Source: a virus (taxonomy: Duplodnaviria > Caudoviricetes). From it: DNA of 60,919 nucleotides. Position 1 is the stretch's first letter; each line of letters begins with the position of its first letter. Shown in pieces: positions 49,270 through 58,768 of this stretch. Position numbers and translations under genes: made by a program. Location: positions 1 to 60,919 of IMG/VR virus record IMGVR_UViG_3300042991_000522. One strand, written 5' to 3'. The notes under the pieces are model-generated. The model saw only the letters and a program-made list of their open reading frames with translations. It searched no databases and was not told where the DNA came from.

Positions 49270-49951
49270 TATTATCATTATATTTTATAATAATCAATTT
49301 AATATTATTATTATTACAAAAATTTTCTTTTATTTTAAATCTCTCTTCATTTACATTGTATTTTTTTATACCACCAAAATATTTTATTGGTTTATAATGC
49401 TGAATGCCATTATATTCTATACAAATATTATAATCTGGTAAATAAAAATCAAATCTTAATACATATTTATATTTACAATCTTTAAATGTTTTTTGTGTTT
49501 CATATTTAATATTATATCTATCCAATATTTCTGATATATTATTTTCACCTTTAGATGTATTACAAATAGGACAACCTTTACCATTTAGATGATTATATGG
49601 CAGTTGTTCAAATACACCATGTTTATTACATATAATATTAATTTTCTTGTGTGAATTAATATATTTAATTTGAGAATAGTTATATTTGTTTTTATGAATA
49701 TTTTTAGCCTTTTCTATAAATTCATTATCACTTGATAACATTAATTGGCTTTTCAATAAATTAGCACATTTCGGACAACCTTGATTATTATTTATGTGTG
49801 CAGATGGTGTTTGTTCAAATATACCATGTTTATTACATATAATTTTAACTTTTATATTATTTTTTTTATATTTAACTTGAGAATAATCATATTTATATTT
49901 ATGTATATTATTAGATTTTTCGATAAACTCATTTAATGTTAATTTTTTCAT
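49217..49951 (-). CDS. putative homing endonuclease (DUF723-like repeats plus PD-(D/E)xK/Vsr-like domain)
   Basis: two KYDYS..Y..KVKIIC.KHG.F.Q..H..GCP units; FDFYLP..CIEYNG.QHY. Confidence 0.75.
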   Translation of the reverse strand: MKKLTLNEFIEKSNNIHKYKYDYSQVKYKKNNIKVKIICNKHGIFEQTPSAHINNNQGCPKCANLLKSQLMLSSDNEFIEKAKNIHKNKYNYSQIKYINSHKKINIICNKHGVFEQLPYNHLNGKGCPICNTSKGENNISEILDRYNIKYETQKTFKDCKYKYVLRFDFYLPDYNICIEYNGIQHYKPIKYFGGIKKYNVNEERFKIKENFCNNNNIKLIIIKYNDNIINLLKHLNIDNNKTLS

Positions 49952-49997
49952 AATTATTTTAAAATATTATATTTATATATAAATTAAATAAGATTCT

Positions 49998-50309
49998 ATG
50001 AAATATTTAAAAAATTATGAAAGAAGAAATTTTAAAGATTATAAAAAATATAATATAATATTAAAAAAGAATTTTATTGCAGATAAAGCATCAGTTTTTG
50101 AAGAATATGGAGAATTAATTATATCTTTACAGTATAGTTATATAATAAGAAATGAAATTCTTGTAAATCTTTTTAATATTTTTAAAGGTTTAGATTTTAG
50201 AATTTATAATGGCACATCAAATAGTATAATTTTTGAAGTTTCTGATGTTCCTGCTCAATATTTTGAGAGAATTGATATTGAAAAAGATAGTAATAAATAT
50301 AATATATAA
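49998..50309 (+). CDS. class A protein
   Basis: MKYLKNYE...NKYNI. Confidence 0.8.
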   Translation: MKYLKNYERRNFKDYKKYNIILKKNFIADKASVFEEYGELIISLQYSYIIRNEILVNLFNIFKGLDFRIYNGTSNSIIFEVSDVPAQYFERIDIEKDSNKYNI

Positions 50310-50324
50310 AAAAAAATTATAAAA

Positions 50325-50792
50325 ATGAAACACGTAAAAAGTTTTGAAAGATTAACTTCAGATGAAGTATTTGATATATTTAAAGATACATATAATCAAA
50401 ATCCATTAAAAGAGGATCATGATTTTTATATATTTTTAGCTGGTGAAAAATTTGAAGAAGCTGAAAATGGTTTATATAAAAAAGTTTTAGATATTGAAAA
50501 TATGGTGAGAATTAAACTAGATAAAGAAAGTGTTGGTGCTATGCAAGGATTAAAAATGAGAGCAATGACTCAACAAGGTGTTAAAATGTATCATATTTGG
50601 TTACCAAATGATATTAGAGAACTAGTTGATGGTAAAGGTTCCAATAGTATTGAATCATGGTTAGTTGATTTAATAGATAAACATAAACAAACTGGTTCTG
50701 ATGATCATGGTAAAAAAATATATAAGGAAGTTATAAATAAACACGAAGAAAGAGAAAAGATAAAAAAAGATTCAAACAGATATAATATATGA
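50325..50792 (+). CDS. class A protein
   Basis: MKHVKSFE...NRYNI. Confidence 0.8.
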   Translation: MKHVKSFERLTSDEVFDIFKDTYNQNPLKEDHDFYIFLAGEKFEEAENGLYKKVLDIENMVRIKLDKESVGAMQGLKMRAMTQQGVKMYHIWLPNDIRELVDGKGSNSIESWLVDLIDKHKQTGSDDHGKKIYKEVINKHEEREKIKKDSNRYNI

Positions 50793-51262
50793 AGCACATT
50801 AAATATTTTAAAGAAAAAAAAGAAGTTGAATATCATGATATTGATGATATATTAAAACACTATCTTGAGGCTGCATTATGGACAAATGAAGGAGATGAAG
50901 GTTTTGAAGATAAAACTATTTATGATTTCTCTGAAGAATCAACAAATAACGCAAAAAATGAAATAGAATGGTTTGTAAAAAGTGCAGGAAAATATATTAA
51001 TGATATAAGTGACGAAAGTATTGGACATGATATATGGCTAACTAGAAATGGACACGGTACTGGTTTTTGGGATAGAGGATATTCTGATAAAAAAACCACA
51101 CTTTTTAATCATCTGTGTGACATATTAGGTTCTGCTGATGCTTATGTTGGTGACGATGAAAAAGTTTATATTAATAGTTATCAAGAACTTCCTGAATTTG
51201 ATTTATACACTTATATGAAAGAATTAAAATTTAAAGGTGACATTAAAAAATATAATGTATAA
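50789..51262 (+). CDS. class A protein
   Basis: MKHIKYFKE, GHDIWLTRNGHGTGFWDR core, ends KKYNV. Confidence 0.8.
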   Translation: MKHIKYFKEKKEVEYHDIDDILKHYLEAALWTNEGDEGFEDKTIYDFSEESTNNAKNEIEWFVKSAGKYINDISDESIGHDIWLTRNGHGTGFWDRGYSDKKTTLFNHLCDILGSADAYVGDDEKVYINSYQELPEFDLYTYMKELKFKGDIKKYNV

Positions 51263-51314
51263 TTTTTTATTTTAAAAATATTTCATATCTTTGCATCAAT
51301 TAATTTTTGATATC

Positions 51315-51653
51315 ATGACAGAATATGATGAAATATTTGAGATTGTTTTATATTACAAACGAAGTATAATTGAAAAACCAATTAAACCAATTTTCAAAGA
51401 ATTACAATTATCTAATCCAACATTAAATACAAATGATGTTCTTGATATATATTCTAAGTCTTTAAATACCTATAAAGAAGAATTATCTCAATTAAAAATA
51501 ATGGAAGATAAAATTTTAACTGGTTATGTATTTGTAAAAGAAGATGAAAATTTCATGTCAAATGTTAAAAAATTTGAAGAAAATGATTTTTTTATTGAAT
51601 GGGAGAATGACACAAAAGAAACTATTAAATTAGTCACACTTAATTTAAAATAA
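51315..51653 (+). CDS. hypothetical protein (start revised to MTEYDE)
   Basis: TATCTTTG promoter at 51286-51293 overlaps the TTG start in the ORF track. Confidence 0.65.
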   Translation: MTEYDEIFEIVLYYKRSIIEKPIKPIFKELQLSNPTLNTNDVLDIYSKSLNTYKEELSQLKIMEDKILTGYVFVKEDENFMSNVKKFEENDFFIEWENDTKETIKLVTLNLK

Positions 51654-51654
51654 C

Positions 51655-51942
51655 ATGAAAAAATTTTTCTCACTTAATTATCTCTATGAATTAAAAATAT
51701 TATTCTTTTTAGAATTAATTATTCTATCATTAATATTATTATTAAATGCATCAGGAGATAATTTAATATCTTTTTTACTACAAAAAAGCACATTCAATTT
51801 ATATGCACTTATTATGTCAGTATCAACATGGTTATTGTCTAGTATTGTAGATCCTAAAAAATATTTTAATTTTTTTACATTTATAGCTTTAACACCATTT
51901 GTATATGGCTGTTTTTGGTTTATGATTACAGTTATAAAATAA
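51655..51942 (+). CDS. membrane protein
   Basis: three hydrophobic segments. Confidence 0.6.
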   Translation: MKKFFSLNYLYELKILFFLELIILSLILLLNASGDNLISFLLQKSTFNLYALIMSVSTWLLSSIVDPKKYFNFFTFIALTPFVYGCFWFMITVIK

Positions 51943-51943
51943 T

Positions 51944-52549
51944 ATGTATCACGATACAATTCATATAAGATTTAAATATTATAATCATAAAGATATTAAT
52001 TTCGATTATAGTTTTTTTATTTCAAAATATGAAAACAATAGTAATTATAAAACTAATAATTTATTTTCACCTATAAAATATGGTGAACTTTTACACAAAT
52101 TTTATAGCATTGGTTTTAATTTAAAATATTTAAGATTTAATGATATATCAGAAGATGATACTGTTTATTGTAGTTATAATTATCAGCCAAATTTTAATAA
52201 ATTTTTTTTACTGTATAGCAAATTAATTGAACAAAAAAACTTTGAAATAAGTCTTGAATATGGTAATATAATACACGGAAATTTCATACCTAATAATATG
52301 AATTTTTTTGCAGGTGTGCATTTTATTCCACATAAAAAAGAGGTTCAAACTGAATTTTCAGAGAGTGTAGTTGGAGGTAAATTACATAAAAAATATACTG
52401 AATTATATCAAATAATAGATAAAAACGGTTTAGTTATAGCAAATGAGGTAACAAGTGGAATTTTAAATTTCGAACAGCATTTTTTTGAAAAACACGAAGT
52501 TAAAGTTGCACTCAGAAAATATAAATTGAGTAGATTAGATTCTCTATAA
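51944..52549 (+). CDS. class B protein
   Basis: RKYKLSRL. Confidence 0.7.
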   Translation: MYHDTIHIRFKYYNHKDINFDYSFFISKYENNSNYKTNNLFSPIKYGELLHKFYSIGFNLKYLRFNDISEDDTVYCSYNYQPNFNKFFLLYSKLIEQKNFEISLEYGNIIHGNFIPNNMNFFAGVHFIPHKKEVQTEFSESVVGGKLHKKYTELYQIIDKNGLVIANEVTSGILNFEQHFFEKHEVKVALRKYKLSRLDSL

Positions 52550-53719
52550 ATTTTCAATCAAATTATTAAAATGCTTATTAAATATTAACTCAACCTTATC
52601 TCTATAAGAGATAGGAAATAATATAGAATCATGTACCGTAAATAATATTATATCTGGATATGTTTCAAAAATTTCCTTAATTACAACATTAAATACAAAA
52701 TCACTTTCCTTTTTTTGTAATTCGTGTGCTAATTCCTTATAATTTTTTCTGTTCTCTTTAAACTCTAAAATATATTCATAAACAGATGGATATATCTTCT
52801 TAAATATATTATTTACTTTTTTACCAGACTTTAAATTGTTTCCAAATAAAACTTTATATATCAACTCTTTAGCCTCCCTCCTACTATTCAAATCAGAATT
52901 ATTTATGATGTCATCGTATAATAAACCTGACTTAACTAAATCAAAATATTTTTTAGTGTCGCCATTTATATGTAATAATTCATTTTTTAAGATAACAGCA
53001 AAAAATAATGGTTGTGAATTTTTTATATCTAACTCTGTAATCAATTCATTATTTATTGTTAGATAATTATTTCTTATTTCTTTTTTAAGAATAGTGAAAT
53101 TTGTGTGTAATCTACCATAATCATCAAAGTTAAAATATATGTGGTTGTGTTCAATATTATCAATTGATATTATATTCTTTTTGTATTTATTTTCATCAAT
53201 ATCTGGCTTTATTTTGTGCATATATTTTATAGCACCATTATAATCAATATCTATTTTATCAAGACAGTTTATTAATTTTTTTCTTATATCAGGTTGAATT
53301 GAACTTTGAGTAATTTCTGTAATAGTAGTTTCACATCTATTATTATTTTTCTTAACTAAGAAAGCATCAAAATTTTTCCATCTAATTATATCGTAAGCGT
53401 ATTTAACATTTATTTTATATGAATTTGTTTTTTTACCAACGTAGTATTTTGATGATAAATTGATGAAATTATTATCACATAAATAACTTATATAATAATT
53501 ATAAAATTCACCATATTTTTTTCTTAATATTTTAGATGATAAATTAAACTTATCATCATCTATAAAATAAAATTTACTTATTAATTCATGTATAATATTA
53601 ATCAAATAAGAACATTTTAAATTGATACCTTTGTATTCAATTTTTTTTTGTTGAGTGAGATATTGAAACTCTTTTGGAACGAATTGTATTAGGTAATTGT
53701 TATTAGATGTAGAAATCAC
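52544..53719 (-). CDS. minimal PolA/T7-RNAP-superfamily polymerase-like protein
   Basis: YGRLHT, ELDIKNSQP (motif A), RREAKELIYKVLFG (motif B), TVHDSIL (motif C). Confidence 0.65.
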   Translation of the reverse strand: MISTSNNNYLIQFVPKEFQYLTQQKKIEYKGINLKCSYLINIIHELISKFYFIDDDKFNLSSKILRKKYGEFYNYYISYLCDNNFINLSSKYYVGKKTNSYKINVKYAYDIIRWKNFDAFLVKKNNNRCETTITEITQSSIQPDIRKKLINCLDKIDIDYNGAIKYMHKIKPDIDENKYKKNIISIDNIEHNHIYFNFDDYGRLHTNFTILKKEIRNNYLTINNELITELDIKNSQPLFFAVILKNELLHINGDTKKYFDLVKSGLLYDDIINNSDLNSRREAKELIYKVLFGNNLKSGKKVNNIFKKIYPSVYEYILEFKENRKNYKELAHELQKKESDFVFNVVIKEIFETYPDIILFTVHDSILFPISYRDKVELIFNKHFNNLIENL

Positions 53720-53838
53720 AGATATATTTTTTTTTCTTAATATATGAAAAAATAGTATTTTTGTTTTATAAAAAATGCGTGTATTTTTTTTTTATTAAAT
53801 TATTTTTATATATTTGCAAAGAAATTAAATATTAAAAA

Positions 53839-54018
53839 ATGAAAGAAGAAGATATTTTGAAAATAATAGATGAAACTTTTGATGAAGAGATTTCATCTTA
53901 TGCATTTGAATCAATTCTTGGTTTAGAGAGTTCAGTAGAAGGTAAGAAAGAATTTATGAAAAGTGTATCAGAAAAATTAAAAGTTCTTTTTGGTGATAAT
54001 GATTTATCTAAATTTTAA
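53839..54018 (+). CDS. 59-aa hypothetical protein
   Basis: Manual: MKEEDILKIIDE...; TATATTTG at 53809-53816. Confidence 0.6.
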   Translation: MKEEDILKIIDETFDEEISSYAFESILGLESSVEGKKEFMKSVSEKLKVLFGDNDLSKF

Positions 54019-54021
54019 ACA

Positions 54022-54309
54022 ATGGAAAACGAAACTTGGAAAGAAGCTTTTTGTGATCAGGTAGATGATGGAAAATTTTGGAAAAATTTGTTTAAAGATG
54101 AATTTGACAATCATCAATTTTTAGATAGGAGTGATGCTGTTTATTTGTGTAAAAAAGCACAAGCTGATGCATATGAAAATATCATATCTAAATTAGAAGG
54201 AAAAGTGAGTGATGATATCATTAATGACATTAAACAAATTTTGGAGGATAATTGGAATAAAGATGATTCAACACTTGGTATGTATTTTAACGGTGAACAA
54301 ATAAAATGA
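54022..54309 (+). CDS. hypothetical protein
   Basis: ORF in operon. Confidence 0.7.
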   Translation: MENETWKEAFCDQVDDGKFWKNLFKDEFDNHQFLDRSDAVYLCKKAQADAYENIISKLEGKVSDDIINDIKQILEDNWNKDDSTLGMYFNGEQIK

Positions 54310-54488
54310 AAAAAATATTAAACATATTATTTCAAAGGTATATATTAATACCTATATCATTTTTGCTAGGTATTTCAATTGACCAGTTTTTTATACGTAA
54401 GAATGAAACTTGGTTATTTGTTTTAATATTAACTGCAATTTATACGATATTATATTTTTACTATTTAATAAAAAATAAAAATAAATGA
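54306..54488 (+). CDS. small membrane protein
   Basis: 2 TM, ATGA overlaps. Confidence 0.6.
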   Translation: MKKILNILFQRYILIPISFLLGISIDQFFIRKNETWLFVLILTAIYTILYFYYLIKNKNK

Positions 54489-54937
54489 AAAAGTTTTTAA
54501 AAATTTACAACAAGGACAGAAATATTTTTAAGATGATAAATCCTTCAGAAAAAGGTTTTGAATTAATTATCTTAAATGATGCGCTATTTAAAGAATATTT
54601 AAGCATATTAAATTTTCATGGTGATAAAGGTGTTAATGTTTTGTGGCAAATGAAATTTAAAGAACATTCTTATGCTCTATATAAAAATTGTAAATTTTCA
54701 GATCCAATGGACAATTTTTATGCAGAACCAACTAACAGGTTTTTTGGTTTACAGTATAATATTAAAAGTGGTACAGATTTGAAACCTTTTGGTAAAAAAT
54801 TTAAAGTTACTTGTGATTGTGTAGAATACTATTCTAATTCTGTTAGAAAACCAGCAGTTGCAAAAAATAAATTTAAAGACTTTCTTTTATTAGAAAGAAT
54901 GTTAAAAATTGACGAACTTAATTCAAAAAGTGAATAA
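54485..54937 (+). CDS. class B protein
   Basis: RMLKIDEL. Confidence 0.65.
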   Translation: MKKFLKIYNKDRNIFKMINPSEKGFELIILNDALFKEYLSILNFHGDKGVNVLWQMKFKEHSYALYKNCKFSDPMDNFYAEPTNRFFGLQYNIKSGTDLKPFGKKFKVTCDCVEYYSNSVRKPAVAKNKFKDFLLLERMLKIDELNSKSE

Positions 54938-55016
54938 TGGATAATTATATAAATTATTAATATTTTAATTATAAGGACGGTTTGATTTTTATATATAATA
55001 TAAAAATAAAACCAAA

Positions 55017-55826
55017 ATGAAAAAATATTATATTTATGTATATTTAGATCCAAGAAAAAGTGAAAATTATAATTATTCAGATTTGAATTTTGAATATGAA
55101 CCATTCTATGTCGGAAAAGGAATAGATGATAGATATAAATATCATTTAACTGATAAAAGAAGAAATAAATTAAAAATAAACAAAATAACAAAAATATTAG
55201 AAAGTGGTTATGAACCTATAATAATAAAACTATATGAAAATTTAACAGAAGAGGAAGCATTTGATAAAGAAAAAATGGTCATAGATAAAATAGGTAAATA
55301 TATTAATAATAATGGTCCATTAACAAATATATTAGATGGCGGTAATGTGTTTAATTATTCTGAAATATCAAAAGATAATATAAGAAAAAACCACAAAACT
55401 AAAGAATATAGAGAAAAAATGAGTAAGAAAATGACTGGAATTGTTAATATAACAGATGATATAAAACAAAAAATTAGTAAATCATTAAAATCAAAAAATT
55501 TAAAAAGAAGTGATGAGACAAAATCAAAAATAAGTTATGCTAATAAAAATAGAAAACATAGTGATCAATCAAGAAAAAATATGAGTTTATCTCACATCGG
55601 AATATCTATAATACAATTTAAATATATTTTAATTTCACCCACTAATGAAATATATATTTTTATTGGTGAGGATGAGTTAGCTAAGTTTATTAAAGAAAAT
55701 AATATGTCATATAGTTTGATTATTAATAATATTAATAAAGAAAAAATTACAATAAAAAGAAAAACAAGTAAAACATTAAATACTGAAAATTGGATTTCTA
55801 AAAAAGAAAAATATGATAGAATATAA
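55017..55826 (+). CDS. GIY-YIG-like homing endonuclease with NUMOD3 repeats
   Basis: YYIYVYLDP, PFYVGKG..R, LTNI.DGG; SDETKSKIS, HSDQSRKNMS. Confidence 0.8.
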   Translation: MKKYYIYVYLDPRKSENYNYSDLNFEYEPFYVGKGIDDRYKYHLTDKRRNKLKINKITKILESGYEPIIIKLYENLTEEEAFDKEKMVIDKIGKYINNNGPLTNILDGGNVFNYSEISKDNIRKNHKTKEYREKMSKKMTGIVNITDDIKQKISKSLKSKNLKRSDETKSKISYANKNRKHSDQSRKNMSLSHIGISIIQFKYILISPTNEIYIFIGEDELAKFIKENNMSYSLIINNINKEKITIKRKTSKTLNTENWISKKEKYDRI

Positions 55827-56436
55827 ACCTCAAATATTAGTTTGGATAGAAAAAATGTTTCAACATGCGGAAGAAAAAAAATGGTATGAAACATATTGGT
55901 TTATTGATTTGCATGGAGTAATATCTATACCAGATTATAGAAAAAATTCAAAAGAAATTATATATTATCCTTATGTTAAGCAAACATTGCAATTTATTAC
56001 AAATAGTAGACCAGATATTATTATGATTTTATTTACATCTTCTTATCCTGATGAAATTGAATCTTATATAAATCAATTTAATAATGATGGAATTTTATTT
56101 AAATATGTAAATGAAAATCCTGAAGTTTCAGATGCAAAAGGTTCTTTTGGATTTTATGATAAAAAACCATATTATAATGTACTTATAGATGATAAATGTG
56201 GATTTGATCCATTTTTAGATTGGAAACCAATTTATGAATATTTCATTAATTCTGAATATAAACCAGATCCAAATTGGTCAACAAAAACAATTGAAAAATA
56301 TCATACTTCTGATGAAGAAATAAAACCTATATATTCAGATTTTATAATTGAAAATGGTAATGGTATAATGGGTGCTGATGGTATGTATTATCATTTTTCA
56401 GAAGTTATAAAAATGTTGAAATTATTTAAAAAATAA
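55813..56436 (+). CDS. HAD-superfamily-like protein
   Basis: FIDLHGVI, LFTSS, VNENPE, LIDDK. Confidence 0.65.
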   Translation: MIEYKPQILVWIEKMFQHAEEKKWYETYWFIDLHGVISIPDYRKNSKEIIYYPYVKQTLQFITNSRPDIIMILFTSSYPDEIESYINQFNNDGILFKYVNENPEVSDAKGSFGFYDKKPYYNVLIDDKCGFDPFLDWKPIYEYFINSEYKPDPNWSTKTIEKYHTSDEEIKPIYSDFIIENGNGIMGADGMYYHFSEVIKMLKLFKK

Positions 56437-56501
56437 TCATATTATATTTTTTTATTCCAATTATTATATCTATATTTGTACCATAATTAATAACAACAAT
56501 T

Positions 56502-56642
56502 ATGAAAACTGTTCAAGTAAAAAGTAAAAAAGAAAGAAACAAGTTTTTAACTGATGTGGAATTTAATTATTCTTTAGGAATACAGCCAAATTTTAATTTT
56601 GAAAAAGAGAATCAAATTCTAAATAAAAAAATTTTAAATTAA
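56502..56642 (+). CDS. 46-aa hypothetical protein
   Basis: Manual ORF after TATATTTG at 56471-56478. Confidence 0.45.
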   Translation: MKTVQVKSKKERNKFLTDVEFNYSLGIQPNFNFEKENQILNKKILN

Positions 56643-56647
56643 TTATC

Positions 56648-56926
56648 ATGAAAAACAAAAATGGATATATTAGTATTTCAATATTCTCGGCTTTGACAGT
56701 ATTAATTGGTAGTATTATTTTTAATTCCTATACTTATATAGTATATAATGCAATAGTTCCATTTAAATATTTTATGCTTTTTGCAATATTTATTATTGCA
56801 TTTGGAAATTTATTGGTTTTTGTTAATAATGGCACAAAAAGAAAAATGATTAAAGATATTGTCAAAAAATTTCCAGAAACTGAACAACAAAAAATAAAAC
56901 AAGAATTAGAAGAAAAATTTTTATAA
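56648..56926 (+). CDS. membrane protein (2 TM)
   Basis: hydrophobic segments. Confidence 0.65.
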   Translation: MKNKNGYISISIFSALTVLIGSIIFNSYTYIVYNAIVPFKYFMLFAIFIIAFGNLLVFVNNGTKRKMIKDIVKKFPETEQQKIKQELEEKFL

Positions 56927-57312
56927 AAAATTAAAATTATGAATAGAGGAAAAGATCCGCCGTCATTATATTAATATAATAATTTAATAATATAATAGAT
57001 AGCCAAAAAAGCAAAAAAGTTAGAATAATAGATAAAAAAATAAAATAACAAATAAAAATTACAAATATGAATAAAGGACACGATCCTCCCAAGAGGTAAA
57101 CTATAATATATAATAAATAAAGATAAAAGAAGCCAAAAAAGCAAATAGATAATAAGGCTAACAATATATAAAACCAAACCAAAATTTAATTTTGGCTGTT
57201 AGATTAAAGGTTATATTTAATGAGATAGTAAAAGACTGACAAAATATCCGTTACAATAATACCGAACCAAGATTTAAAAGTCTATCTTGGCTGTCAGAAT
57301 AGATAGGTATAA

Positions 57313-57340
57313 AAAAAGCCACCTCGATAGGTGGCTTTTT
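57313..57340. terminator. bidirectional intrinsic terminator
   Basis: AAAAAGCCACCT-CGAT-AGGTGGCTTTTT between convergent units. Confidence 0.85.
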
Positions 57341-57346
57341 CCATTT

Positions 57347-58210
57347 TTAATTTATATTAAAATCAGATATTTTTTCAGCTTCAATATCTTTCCAATTTTT
57401 ACCTCTAATTATATTATTTAGACTTGAACTTGATATATTAAAAAAATTTTTAATTTTTTTCTTATCTGTATTATTCTCAATTAAATATTTAATGTGTTTA
57501 ACTTCTTTTTCAATTAAAACTGAATTTTTCCTTATATTTTTATTAGACTCAAAAATATTTTTATAATATTTTATTTCATCGTTTGTTAACTTTTCGGTTA
57601 TTATTAAATATTTCCATCTTATATTATATTTTATATTACCAATTGTTCTAAAATTAACATTAAAAAATTTAGATATATCAGTTATACTTAAATCGGAATT
57701 TAACATTTTTTTAATTATAATTACTTCATTTTCTTTTAATTTTGATAAATGATTATTATTTTCACCACAGCATATACCTATTCTATTATTTGCCATTTTA
57801 ATTTTTGATTCCACAGAAAAAATTCTATTTTTTGATTTTTCTCCTATTTTTATTTTAGTTTCATCTGTGTGTTTATATCCATTAGTGGTGGATTCAACAA
57901 TAGGAACTATATTAAATCCATTATCGCACGAATTATATAAATCTATATAATATTGTTCTTTAATTAATAAGTCTTCTATTTTTTCAACAATTTCAATAAT
58001 TTCAAATTCTAAATTATTTATTCCATGTTTATTTGAAAATCTTTGTAATTTAAAATTCCTATGATAATTACCAACTAAACACTCAAAATGATGAAGATTT
58101 CTACCATATAAATTTTTAGTTGATCCAATATATATTTTATTATCAATTAAACTTTTAATTTTATAGACACCATATATATTATTGTATTCACTTCTTTTTA
58201 GTGTTTTCAT
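57347..58210 (-). CDS. GIY-YIG homing endonuclease with NUMOD3 and HTH repeats
   Basis: GVYKI...KIYIGST, HTDETKIKI, two KL.E.EV..IK repeats; start revised to MKTLKR. Confidence 0.85.
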   Translation of the reverse strand: MKTLKRSEYNNIYGVYKIKSLIDNKIYIGSTKNLYGRNLHHFECLVGNYHRNFKLQRFSNKHGINNLEFEIIEIVEKIEDLLIKEQYYIDLYNSCDNGFNIVPIVESTTNGYKHTDETKIKIGEKSKNRIFSVESKIKMANNRIGICCGENNNHLSKLKENEVIIIKKMLNSDLSITDISKFFNVNFRTIGNIKYNIRWKYLIITEKLTNDEIKYYKNIFESNKNIRKNSVLIEKEVKHIKYLIENNTDKKKIKNFFNISSSSLNNIIRGKNWKDIEAEKISDFNIN

Positions 58211-58211
58211 A

Positions 58212-58751
58212 TTAATTATATAAATCTTTAAATATCTCATCAATTTTCCATTTAGGCATATCTAAATTTATTTTATCTAAAACATCTCTAAACTTATTTT
58301 CTTCAGATATTTGTTCAGTTAAAAACCATTGAGCAAATTCAAATGTTGTACTATCATCTTCTTCTTTAGAAATTCTTGAAATTTCTTCCCATTCAGTTGA
58401 AACTAGCATCTCATGTTTTAATGATTCTCTTAAAACTTCCTCAATTGAATCAAAATCCTGTTTAACTTCCTCTGTAACTGGAACTTTAGCTACAACATTT
58501 CTATTAAATAAATACTGATAAACTTTATCCATATGAGTTAATTCTTCTTGAGCAGCTTTAAAATAGTATTTTGCACCATCAACCCATCCTGCATTATCTA
58601 GCCAACAAGACATAGCCCTGTAAATTTGTGATGATTGCAATTCATTCTTAATTTGTTTATTTAACAACTCTGTTATTTTATTTGGCAATCTACCTTCATC
58701 TTCGATATTTTCAAATAAACTAAATTTTACTATTCTATTCCTGGTTTTCAT
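58212..58751 (-). CDS. ftn: non-heme ferritin with N-terminal extension
   Basis: LNKQIKNELQSSQIY.AMS.W, EELTHM, HE, QWFLTEQISEE ferroxidase pattern. Confidence 0.9.
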   Translation of the reverse strand: MKTRNRIVKFSLFENIEDEGRLPNKITELLNKQIKNELQSSQIYRAMSCWLDNAGWVDGAKYYFKAAQEELTHMDKVYQYLFNRNVVAKVPVTEEVKQDFDSIEEVLRESLKHEMLVSTEWEEISRISKEEDDSTTFEFAQWFLTEQISEENKFRDVLDKINLDMPKWKIDEIFKDLYN

Positions 58752-58768
58752 ATCTTATTGTATTTTTT

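Noticed and set aside
56937-57182. Minus-strand hydrophobic ORFs 56937..57182 and 56971..57177
   Set aside because: Low-complexity products of an A-rich plus strand, lying beyond the terminator with no promoter motif
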